From: a virus
Lineage: Duplodnaviria; Heunggongvirae; Uroviricota; Caudoviricetes
IMG/VR virus record: IMGVR_UViG_3300042673_001280
DNA length: 44,857 nucleotides
Direction: 5' to 3' (one strand)
The translations under genes were made by a program, and so were the position numbers. The notes beneath the pieces were generated by a model, which saw nothing but the letters and a program-made list of their open reading frames with translations, was not told the DNA's origin and did no database searches. This document shows positions 36,601 to 42,251 of the stretch, one piece after another. Every line of letters begins with the position of its first letter. Within the stretch, counting starts at the first letter, position 1.

Positions 36601-36976
36601 CGTTTTTATCAAATGACACGTTTGCGCCAAAAACTCGCAACTGGTTTATGTAATCTTGATAGTCTTTTAAAAATATATTGTTACCTAAGTCGTTCTCAAT
36701 TACAAACCCAGGTTCTAATTGATAATTTTGACGTAATCTAGTAGGTGCATTTACAAACACATCATCTGACGTTGTTGCTTTTGAATTCATTCGACCAATG
36801 TAACCGCTAACTTTGTTAACAGAACCTGATTGTGTAAGTTGAGTTAATGTTGATTTAAAAAACTTTTTATTAGCATCTGTTTTATAAAATGCAGGTAACA
36901 AACTAGCAACATTTGCGCGATCGCTGTCGTTGATAGCGTTTGATCTAGGTATAAAATTGTTTTTGTTGTCAGCCAT
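24623..36976 (-). CDS. Giant multidomain baseplate protein (4117 aa), in the T4 gp7 position
   Basis: Uninterrupted ORF, TAATG-coupled directly downstream of gp6; contains a beta-propeller-like region, CBM5/12-like modules and G(S/R/E)GY beta-modules. The gp7 analogy rests on synteny. Confidence 0.65.
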   Translation of the reverse strand: MADNKNNFIPRSNAINDSDRANVASLLPAFYKTDANKKFFKSTLTQLTQSGSVNKVSGYIGRMNSKATTSDDVFVNAPTRLRQNYQLEPGFVIENDLGNNIFLKDYQDYINQLRVFGANVSFDKNGNDNASNHSRVNKEEFYSWNPHIDWDKFVNFQNYYWMPNGADTVTISTALQYDVISTYSVSINSESYLFSANTTLQNPTITLYKGYTYYFKIDSTGHPFSIKTDRDAGEINRYITPTLLNNATENGIIEFTVPDNAPSELFYVSESDVNFGGLFIILDPAISGELNVDADIIGKLTYQFGSNSLLSNGMKVRFVGNIYPAEYKTGRYYVEGVGESIQLINESQLEIITPYTTSESILFDTSKFDTTPFSDAVSYSGKPDYIVINRGSNDKNGWSRNNRWIHKAVIEQSATLNGIHASFDQSMRAVRPIIEFEKNLKLFNFGSNAITDVSVIDQFTVDAFSTIEGSLGYSIDGVTLTNGQRVIFTADTDSLVANNIYRVEFIDVKHEVKLGSTSAQIRLVLESYPEYDQVVLVKEGRLAQGSMYWFNGISWVTCQQKTELNQLPLFDAYNEDLISFGDTSTYPGTTFKGTSIFSYKVGNGTVDNNLGFSLSHKNINNIGDIVFNFTLLSDTFQYEYNGTTVSKQINTGFLYSSYNGFVNGWETYVGPPQAAIRLYRNSNKTNNFDIDIFDVAPAFIQVRVYVNGVCVPQQTYVDGVVVNNWIQTIGTEDAILPYYRIIFSNDVKVTDTIMFKVYANTTINSNGYYEFPNNIQNNPLNGELTEFTLGEVIDHVESIVDNLRATTEFLGDFPGVGNLRDLGSVSKFGTKFIQHSGPASLAVYHITSDSHNVIRAIDQARDDYCKFKRIFINLADSLGVDLDTVPHTDLILQTIIKDTPATSSYYFSDMVPTGSKIRTDFLVADSSNTIFSLSAVFSLSKLSNKAVNVYLNDLQLLHRRDYTFSDQGFVTVTAELVTGDIISIFEYDTTDGCLVPETPTKLGMWPKYEPKMYLDTTLVTPRWMIQGHDGSLTLAYNDYRDDLILELEKRIYNNIKVAYDESIFDINDVIPCYYQLSDYSLQEFNDALMSNFYSWSLNIGIDFSTPLTYDDQNPFTFNYKNHIAADGTVGPKYWRGIYQWMLRTDRPHICPWEMLGFSEEPLWWVSVYGPAPYTKDNLILWEDLSNGLVKDPAFTYNIFKHIKPDLLDHIPVDSDGRLVDPRISNFTTGIISQSNQGDFTFGDVSPLESAWRRHSHYSFSVIKTAILLTPAKTIGLLLDRSRIKRNNAGQLIYSETGLRIKPSDIVLPSIYLGNDRVQTAGLLNYLVNYLNCESLQQYNEYKHNLKLITAKLCYRVSGFTSKEKFNLLLDSKSPTTVGSVFIPQEDYTVVLNTSSPIATITYSGVIITKVEGGFEIKGYSKLQPYFRYYEGLGVGTIVNIGGISEAYAVWGALQTFVEGKIVLYNKKYYRVTTTHVASSVFDNSYFAMLGELPIIGGVSAGFKQKWVKTPVILQYGSKLDSIQAVVDFLLGYGQWLIEQGFDFNDFNTDLRDIANWETSAKEFLFWTTSNWKSMQDTWYEWSPYTAIQRGDIVRFNGSYFTALKSIQSDIFNIGDYEFLPGLDIVGSALISLSPAANKLTFTSILSVVDSISNTNNICELLDISGHQITVPMIQLYRTDNAISYSPRDESGIYCASFYLVQHEHVVILNNSTMFNDTIYNLESGYKQDKLKVSGYVSTLWNGSLDVPGFVIDQAKISEWTPWKSYAVSDVVQHRSFFYSAKSSIQGDETFVDDHWVMLSKKPTSKLLPNWNYKASQFTDFYSLDSENFDVNQQKMAQHLTGYQKRQYLENIIQDDVSEYKFYQGMILEKGTQNVLNKLFDVLSADDQSSLQFYEEWAVRSGQYGACNAFDTLECVLDESLFKTNPQGFELVDSKPLNTDLVIRHLPTDLYVKPVGYRSATAFQAAPSVASSAIYARLDEVKTSVKSHTELLALNILNYTYYDYILCTFVENSWNVYQYVKLPLSVVSVEQIDTGYTITVHESISFANNAFIGIKDNTHTTPELIDGFFKVSNVNYANNSFEIAIPNSRAVQVVTARIEIGILVARKISSIDNNTCTFNELLPAIKVTFTAGSGYTMSHTYNAVQLVYVSGSTATEYPTANITTNDKGLVDSVTLVTHGNGFIDNTTVMTYYGMGSGTGFTVKVASIVPSNNVAWVDNENGQWETWKYNPVYKSVVIDNGIFNGSVGSKIVANKEGNLVAVLTPTNVYIFKLQLTSSLVKPVDWVVLQKLNIVASEIALSKDGSWLATTENNKVKLYKNNSSDYYEYNFTLDRPSSPMQFGKTLTFDNTTLFIGTNNNRIYKATYSAIESATVQAYYNPNGSSQTTLVVSSAAQLVSGMRLSGIGFTTGQTIRSIINSTTVLLDEMPDSTPEGVITFSKIAWQINTSTFIKPSSTFGKDVVISDNNVLAVLAASHVYVYNNYDNYTDPIITIPATDFSFASSIAISKNADYVAVLNSSYILVYSTDTLERIRILNPSNMPGSYATSKVQFVNNFNTIIVKSDTTVDIFDIYKTKWQFSERITGIYGTSFISTSSNIIVTSDNANQIHHYIKPTNTYSWAVQHRAITKPNISKIKQVIMYDKNTNTPVKYLDIVDPVQEKFPEVINREVKFKTTYDPATYSVGNSTVNVDEGIAWAADQVGVLWWDKRTTKFMDNYTDNVVYRNSVWSTLAPGASVDVYEWVKSTVKPSVWDDDAGTEAGLALGISGTSLYGDLAYSTVSAYDTLSQRFTYTYYFWVKNKTTISISGRELSASDASAIIANPRGEGYQCIALTGENSFSLVNVRPLLTHTNIVLLIEYWLIDKTDQNIHTQWKLISSSPQSILPANIEQKWINSLCGNDEYNRIVPDQKIPVKLRYGIENRPRQSMFVNRFEALKQHIEEVNRILRDNDQPIVDTCNLSNLQKYDIPPTLISGLYDKSIDTDAELQFVITKKFVKASVAPVIVNGKIIDILVVEPGRGYVVAPTINVHGVGINARIKAKISSTGSIEGCEILNAGEGYLQNTVLTIRSFSVLVSSDLQANGKWSIYSYEPSTSIWSKSVSQAYDTMQYWHKVDWYAPSYSQFTAINHAVNTYADLGAFEIEVGQTVKVLTTTANRWVLLKKWKEIDSTNWADAYNVVGSQEGTIQFSSLLYNFLNTPVGYDGMLYDLGVYDNYALVELRIILNAIKDDLLIDNSKYLSLFFASVRYAMSEQTYVDWIFKTSFVNVMHNVGSLRKSVTYKNDNLANFEDYVSEVKPYRTQIREYVSSYNSIETAELSVTDFDLPAIINPTTKRAEPMEITVYDDIIFSSHYALDELYPWKHWLDNVGFSVTSINIIDGGSGYVTEPIVNIVSSWGSGATARAFILNGSINRIIVLTPGSKYRSTPTVVITGGVSNDGTPAVAAAIIGNSVIRTNLIKMKFDRVSQLTTITELEQAETILTTLVTGNRLQFPLKWAPNVKIGTHSVTVNGLLEIRDNYTLQVVKSTSKGFTEYTGAITFSHKPEKNSVIVVNYLIDSSVLNAVDRIEHYYNPQIGDLGKDLAQLMVGIDYGGVEVSGLDFNVKHGWESYTYDTIKWDNVNSKFNDVKVVYTTGGVKAPVTIHFPDDGFNIPAIGTELNVYYDANPANRSPIRIDGTAIMQTPTVTGDVTTIVIPELFFEILFEAEQLDIPSSCMFIVREVTSDGTDENDNDYDVAISGGRFSASSASGLAPEDIVIDGDKFENIFAGPEEIVPGQVVDTVAIKVYTTIDNVTYTYMQFKDMLNRVHYKRLPASKQTTLTVMLLNTDTTITLDDVSMLDQPDPLTNKPGVIEIGGERIEYFTINNNTVGQLRRGTLGTSIPEIHYASSIVQIIGISETIPYADTTLIEYHSLEKKSVIRVDENSELYHIYGKSIVVNLSFRPNKSKIIWKGAESASIVRKGFGQCNDIEVFVGGYDSSSSWMPNVFYNTDDIVTFGSYTYKCKSPHTSADSFKSDYDIWGFFVGNIRLQKTPYKVFNERLGIEEVFPADFSVNGIFKTVRLSQTFMLGDKTLITVIKRTGNKWVADQTIINFINAVPGAEHITLQDTFDNITDTFGSDEIQF

Positions 36977-39900
36977 TAGATACTCCCATATGATGAACTT
37001 GTTATTAATTGTGTGTTTGAGGTGTTGTTATTTGCAATTACATTTGACGATTTAATATTACTTGAAGTTAACCCTGATACTACTTCAATATCAGTTACAG
37101 TTGCACTGCTTAACAAAATTTGGTTGCTTACCGCTTTTATTTCAAATAATCCTCCAAAATTAAGCTCTGAATGTTTTGGAACAATTACAAAATTAGAAAT
37201 ATACGGTGATGCTTGAGTACAAACATATGCTGATAACTCAGTAAAATAAAATGTATCACCAAAATCCCAATTATCTAATGCAAAAAATGTGTTTATTGCA
37301 ACGATAACTTTTGACTTAATGTCGTTATCTGAAATAACTTGTCCTGGTGTTTTTGTAATTTTAAAAGTTGCTTGCACTTCTGGTGCAGCTGAAGACCCAA
37401 ATAAGATTTTGTAACTAACTGGATGATATACAACTTCATCTGATATAGACTTAATTAAATTTAACGAAGGCGCAATTGTATTATAAAGTTCGTCTGAACC
37501 CGGCGGGAGCGGTTTAGTAGATATTGATCCGTTTATCCATTGGCGCATTTCAATGTCATAACCTTTTGTTAACACATATACATCGATAAAATTACTTGCA
37601 CTTGGGTCAATTCTTGAATTGTAACTAGCATTATGGGTATATTGGAATTTGATTTTATCGCGACCATTATATACTTTGTAATCTAGTGACGGCTCTAATA
37701 CTGACGCATCTGAGCATTTCAACACAATACCTGCATCTTTAACATAGTAATATTTCCCCGGTACAGGACTTATTTCAAATACATTATTACAAATTAATAC
37801 AATTGCATTATTGTTATCTACATATCGATAATCTTCTTGACCTTGCGAAATTAAATATCGTTCTTGAACAACATAAGTGTCTGGAGAGACAACCTGTTCG
37901 AATAACTCCGGATCATCAACAACTCCGTTGTTATCAGAATCAGCAAACGTTATTACAATTTTTTTGTTATCTATATACCCGTCTAATCCATTATACTCTG
38001 AAACAATATCCCATTTAAGATCATTCTTAAATGACGCAAAATTATCATATGGTAATGTGTTAATGTTTAAAATATTAATCTTATCCTGTACTACTGAGCT
38101 AGACACGCTATTATACACAGTTTCACTGCTATCAAAATAAAATCGAATTTCTTTATCACTTTCAAAAATATAGCGAAGCTCTCGGTTTTCAATTGTATAA
38201 TATTCGTTATCAGTAGTAAATGATATCATCCAACTAGAGTCTAAGTGTTTGTTTGTGTTATTTTTTTGTGAATTTAAATCAAACGTAGAAGTTAAGTTTA
38301 AATTTGATTCGTATACAATTATCCAAGATTGGGTAGCCGCATCATAAGATAATCCAAATGATTTATTTTCAAAAATTAAATCAATCATAGTAGTAATAAC
38401 ACTTGATTCTAAGCTAGTTCTCCATCTAGGTATTACTTGTATAATAACGGAACCTGCTGGTAATGCAACACTACTGGTTATTTGATTTCCTACAACTTTT
38501 ACAATAGTTGCCCATAATGTATTAATACCATCAATAGATATCTTAATTAATGTACCAACTGTCATATATGCCAATTTATCAGCAGCAACATTAACGGTAG
38601 AAGTATCACCTGCAGTAGACCATAATTCATTCCATGATAAATTTGTTGCATACGCATAATTCATATAATAAAAATTACGTATCCCTGCTTTTTTAAGAAT
38701 AGTGCTTAATGTATTATATATTATACCTTGTATATCAGTTTTATTAGTATACGAAAACTTAACAGACGATTTAAACACATCTTTATATATTACACCGTCT
38801 GTAGCAAATAAATTAGTTGAACTAAACTTTCCAGTTGGATCAACTAAATCAAAATATCTACTAATTCCACTTGATGCACGGTTTATTGCTTTAACTTTTA
38901 ATACTTGTTGGCTAGCACTTAACGGGCAAATGTTATAATCTTCACCTGTAATCATTCTGTTTTGTGTATAAAACGTAGCTGGCGCATTTGCTTTAATACT
39001 TGCATTAGATTCAGTTGATTCTGCATTTGAAACCGACGATGCAAGAGACATGTTTAACGTTAATGTTTCCGATTTTCCGGTATTAGAAAGATACGGCACC
39101 GATAACGACACATTTCTAATGTCGCGAGGATGAATAGTGTACGAAACACCATTGCTAGTTCTATAATAAACTTTAAATGTTCCTAACGGTTTGTTTCCAA
39201 ACGTGCCATCACTAAACGACAAGCTTACTGCATCATTTGCACGAGTTATAACACTAAAAATATTCTTAATACTTTTGTTAACACTATTGTAAATTATGTT
39301 ATTACCTTCAACACTAGGAACTTTAGTCCACAAATTTTCATCTAATTCAGCACCGTTTTTATCTAACTGATATAACCATACATCAGTTTCATTTATATTA
39401 GTTGTGCCAACGTCGATAATTTCATTGCTTCTTGGTTGATCAACTGTAAATTGACTAGATGCTAATGTACCCTGTGTAAAGTTTAAAAAGAACCCTGATC
39501 CTGCACTGCCGTATCCTCTTCCATCATTCCTAAAAATACAAGAAAGCTGATTGTTGTCTTTTGGAGTTTCTTCGTAAATAAAATCCTTACCAGAGAATGT
39601 AGTACTAGTTACTTCAAACGTCATCATTTTACCAGCTACTGTTTTAGTAAACGAGTAAACAGGCACGCCTGTTGAATTTGAACTTAATCTATATCGTTCA
39701 GTTGGAATTCCGTAAATTGTAGCTTTATCTGATGGGTTGCCAAATTGTTGTGTAGGCTGCATTGCTGCATTCATAATTTTAATAAATTGGTCATACCAAC
39801 TATCATTAGATGAATCGTTCCACGACACTACTTGTCCTGATAAGTTTCGACCATTACCATCAAGAATGTTTTCTGAAGTTTGTACTGAAGTTACTTTCAT

Positions 39901-40251
39901 TAATCCTGATGCAGCAGTTGTGCGTTTGGCGTTGTAACTAATCAATCTTGATAATCGCAAAACACTTTCTCTGCGTTCTGCTAATTCTAAGAAATTCTCC
40001 CTAGCGTTTAAATCTACTCGAAATGCTACACTTTGTCCTAAGAATGCAATTACATCAAGTAATGCTAAGTATTCCGAACTTTCAATATAATCATTAAAGT
40101 CTTCTGGATAATTTTGGCGAATATAATCAACCATTACACGACGTAAATTTTCAAAATCGTAACTTTGAAAATCTGCGTTTCTAAAAGATTGATAAATTTT
40201 CTTCCAATCTTCCGTTACTAGTAATCTATTTTGTCTGTCAGTTGCACTCAT
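36976..40251 (-). CDS. gp6: Baseplate wedge subunit, T4 gp6-like
   Basis: DFQSYDFENLRRVMVDYIRQNYPEDFNDYIESSEYLALLDVIAF...ENFLELAERRESVLRLSRLISYNAKR; TQNRMITGEDY; LDNWDFGDTFY. Confidence 0.88.
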   Translation of the reverse strand: MSATDRQNRLLVTEDWKKIYQSFRNADFQSYDFENLRRVMVDYIRQNYPEDFNDYIESSEYLALLDVIAFLGQSVAFRVDLNARENFLELAERRESVLRLSRLISYNAKRTTAASGLMKVTSVQTSENILDGNGRNLSGQVVSWNDSSNDSWYDQFIKIMNAAMQPTQQFGNPSDKATIYGIPTERYRLSSNSTGVPVYSFTKTVAGKMMTFEVTSTTFSGKDFIYEETPKDNNQLSCIFRNDGRGYGSAGSGFFLNFTQGTLASSQFTVDQPRSNEIIDVGTTNINETDVWLYQLDKNGAELDENLWTKVPSVEGNNIIYNSVNKSIKNIFSVITRANDAVSLSFSDGTFGNKPLGTFKVYYRTSNGVSYTIHPRDIRNVSLSVPYLSNTGKSETLTLNMSLASSVSNAESTESNASIKANAPATFYTQNRMITGEDYNICPLSASQQVLKVKAINRASSGISRYFDLVDPTGKFSSTNLFATDGVIYKDVFKSSVKFSYTNKTDIQGIIYNTLSTILKKAGIRNFYYMNYAYATNLSWNELWSTAGDTSTVNVAADKLAYMTVGTLIKISIDGINTLWATIVKVVGNQITSSVALPAGSVIIQVIPRWRTSLESSVITTMIDLIFENKSFGLSYDAATQSWIIVYESNLNLTSTFDLNSQKNNTNKHLDSSWMISFTTDNEYYTIENRELRYIFESDKEIRFYFDSSETVYNSVSSSVVQDKINILNINTLPYDNFASFKNDLKWDIVSEYNGLDGYIDNKKIVITFADSDNNGVVDDPELFEQVVSPDTYVVQERYLISQGQEDYRYVDNNNAIVLICNNVFEISPVPGKYYYVKDAGIVLKCSDASVLEPSLDYKVYNGRDKIKFQYTHNASYNSRIDPSASNFIDVYVLTKGYDIEMRQWINGSISTKPLPPGSDELYNTIAPSLNLIKSISDEVVYHPVSYKILFGSSAAPEVQATFKITKTPGQVISDNDIKSKVIVAINTFFALDNWDFGDTFYFTELSAYVCTQASPYISNFVIVPKHSELNFGGLFEIKAVSNQILLSSATVTDIEVVSGLTSSNIKSSNVIANNNTSNTQLITSSSYGSI

Positions 40252-40270
40252 GTTGTTGTCCTAATAAAGG

Positions 40271-40277
40271 TATTTAT
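40271..40277 (-). promoter_or_regulatory. T4-type late promoter motif ATAAATA
   Basis: AATAAATAC on the minus strand, 19 nt before the gp6 ATG, with the RBS AGGA between them. Confidence 0.62.
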
Positions 40278-40301
40278 TGAAAATTTTAACCGCGCAGTTT
40301 A

Positions 40302-40739
40302 TTACGCTATTAAGCCATTTGTTTGGTCAAATCGCAGACTAATTTGTTCTGTAAGGTTATATGGAGTGTATGTTAGAGAGAACACAATAGATATACCGCT
40401 TTCATATGTTGAGATATTTGTATCTGATACTTGTACTCTAGGATCATAGTTAATAATTGCTTCTACATCCTGTTTAATCATCCCTTTAATATCTTCAGTT
40501 AATGGCTCAAATAGCAAGTCCCATATAATAGTACCAAATCGAGGAAGCATTACTCGCTCACCTTGGCGTACATGAAAATGATTTAAAATATCCTGCTTAA
40601 TAAGTTCAAAATCATACAAACTGAAATGCTCAGTTTTATTACTTACAGTACTAAATCCTTTATAAGTTTTTGGTTTAACTATGTCATTCTGTTTTTTTAA
40701 AACTGCAGGAATTTTTATTCTTGTATATAAGTCTGTCAT
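40302..40739 (-). CDS. gp25: Baseplate wedge subunit, gp25-like
   Basis: YKGFST...LIKQDILNHF..RQGERVMLPRFGTIIWDLLFEP...IINYDPRV. Confidence 0.9.
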   Translation of the reverse strand: MTDLYTRIKIPAVLKKQNDIVKPKTYKGFSTVSNKTEHFSLYDFELIKQDILNHFHVRQGERVMLPRFGTIIWDLLFEPLTEDIKGMIKQDVEAIINYDPRVQVSDTNISTYESGISIVFSLTYTPYNLTEQISLRFDQTNGLIA

Positions 40740-42244
40740 TGGTCTTTTTCCGGTGGTTTAATTTTTTCAAACGTGTCTGTATCTATTGTGTATTTGGTCC
40801 ATGCTTCTGGTGGTGTTTTCATTTCTTCATTAGTACCTTCAGTCCTGCCTTTACCATCTCGATTAGTTACCGGTGATTTAAACTTTTCTGGATCTAAATT
40901 TTCATGCTGCGGATATGGTTCATGTGTCGGTACACGCATCATTATTGAATTTAGTGTTTTATCTTTTACGTCAGTCGGTAATACATGTATCTTTAATGGT
41001 TTTGCTGCTACTGACGTTGCTTTTCCTGAATTTAAATGTATCTGACCGCCATCTATAGCAGTATTCGCTGCCTTAACACCAAAATCGCCAGTAATTGCAT
41101 AATCAAACTTTCCACCAATAGTAATGTTGCCATCTTTAGTTGCTTTGATTGTAAAATTTTCACCAGTTTCAATATGCATTTCTTTTAATGCTTTAAAATT
41201 TATGTTACTATCTGCTTGAAAATTTATATCTCGACCGGCATGGAAATTAAAATCAGTTTCTGTATGAAAACTAATACTATCCTTAGCATACACATCAATC
41301 TTTCCGTTAGCTGTCATTTCAATCCAAGAATTACCACTACCGTGTGAGATGTAAATTAAATCTTCACTGTTATGTAACAGTATTTGATGTCCAGTGCGTG
41401 TTCTAATACGGATTAACTCATTATGCGGGGTACTATAATCTTTTGCTGATTCGCCTTGTTCAATTGCAATATATTTAGGCGCGGCATCTTTTGCAGGTTT
41501 TTCCCTAACATACTTGTCGTCACCATCATCCATTACAAATGTAGATCCGCCATGTCTTGTTACATAAGCGTTTTTTATAGGATGATCTTGTTTACCAATC
41601 GTACCTTGCTTTCCACTTTTGTTAAGGGGTCCAGGAGTTGAAATACCAAATACCATACTTGGTGTTTCACGGCGTGAGCTGCTAGTTGTAATACCACGGA
41701 TGTCATCTTTAATTAAGCCACCGCCCTCTGTGCCTTGTTCTAAGACTGTTGCAAATGGATGTTTTGGTTTTTTAAATTTAGTAGAATCAGTTCCTGTATT
41801 CTTACTAGTCTTATTATATTCAGTAACCGGCAATCTAGATTTGTCATCAGCTGTATTAAATTTTGTAGCTGCTATGCCTGGAACCATAAAATTCATATGA
41901 TCATCTTGTACGCAACCAATCCAATATGCACGTTTTACATCACCATTTATAAAAAATACAATAACGGTTGACCCAGGATCAGGTGGAACCATCCACATAC
42001 CGTAACTTTGTCTTTCATCTTCTTCAGGATTATTGCTTTTTGGAGTAATCCCGTAAAACGGTGACATATATTTTGCCGGAATTACTTGCCCTGCTACTGG
42101 TTCGCTACCTGATATTCTTAGAATTTCAACCTCTATGCCGCCCATATAAATTGCGTCTAGATGTCCAACTACTTTTGCCAAAAACGGACCAGGTGTGGCA
42201 TTAGGCTGCCCAATCGGCGATGACATTTCATTTCTTGTACCCAT
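40736..42244 (-). CDS. gp5: Baseplate central spike, gp5-like (OB-fold + beta-helix, no lysozyme domain)
   Basis: GPFLAKVVGHLD...GMWMVPPDPGSTVIVFFINGD...YWIGC (OB fold); RIRTRTGHQILLHNSE...SWIEMTANGKIDVYA and beta-helix repeats; lies next to gp25. Confidence 0.78.
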   Translation of the reverse strand: MGTRNEMSSPIGQPNATPGPFLAKVVGHLDAIYMGGIEVEILRISGSEPVAGQVIPAKYMSPFYGITPKSNNPEEDERQSYGMWMVPPDPGSTVIVFFINGDVKRAYWIGCVQDDHMNFMVPGIAATKFNTADDKSRLPVTEYNKTSKNTGTDSTKFKKPKHPFATVLEQGTEGGGLIKDDIRGITTSSSRRETPSMVFGISTPGPLNKSGKQGTIGKQDHPIKNAYVTRHGGSTFVMDDGDDKYVREKPAKDAAPKYIAIEQGESAKDYSTPHNELIRIRTRTGHQILLHNSEDLIYISHGSGNSWIEMTANGKIDVYAKDSISFHTETDFNFHAGRDINFQADSNINFKALKEMHIETGENFTIKATKDGNITIGGKFDYAITGDFGVKAANTAIDGGQIHLNSGKATSVAAKPLKIHVLPTDVKDKTLNSIMMRVPTHEPYPQHENLDPEKFKSPVTNRDGKGRTEGTNEEMKTPPEAWTKYTIDTDTFEKIKPPEKDQ

Positions 42245-42251
42245 ATTATTC

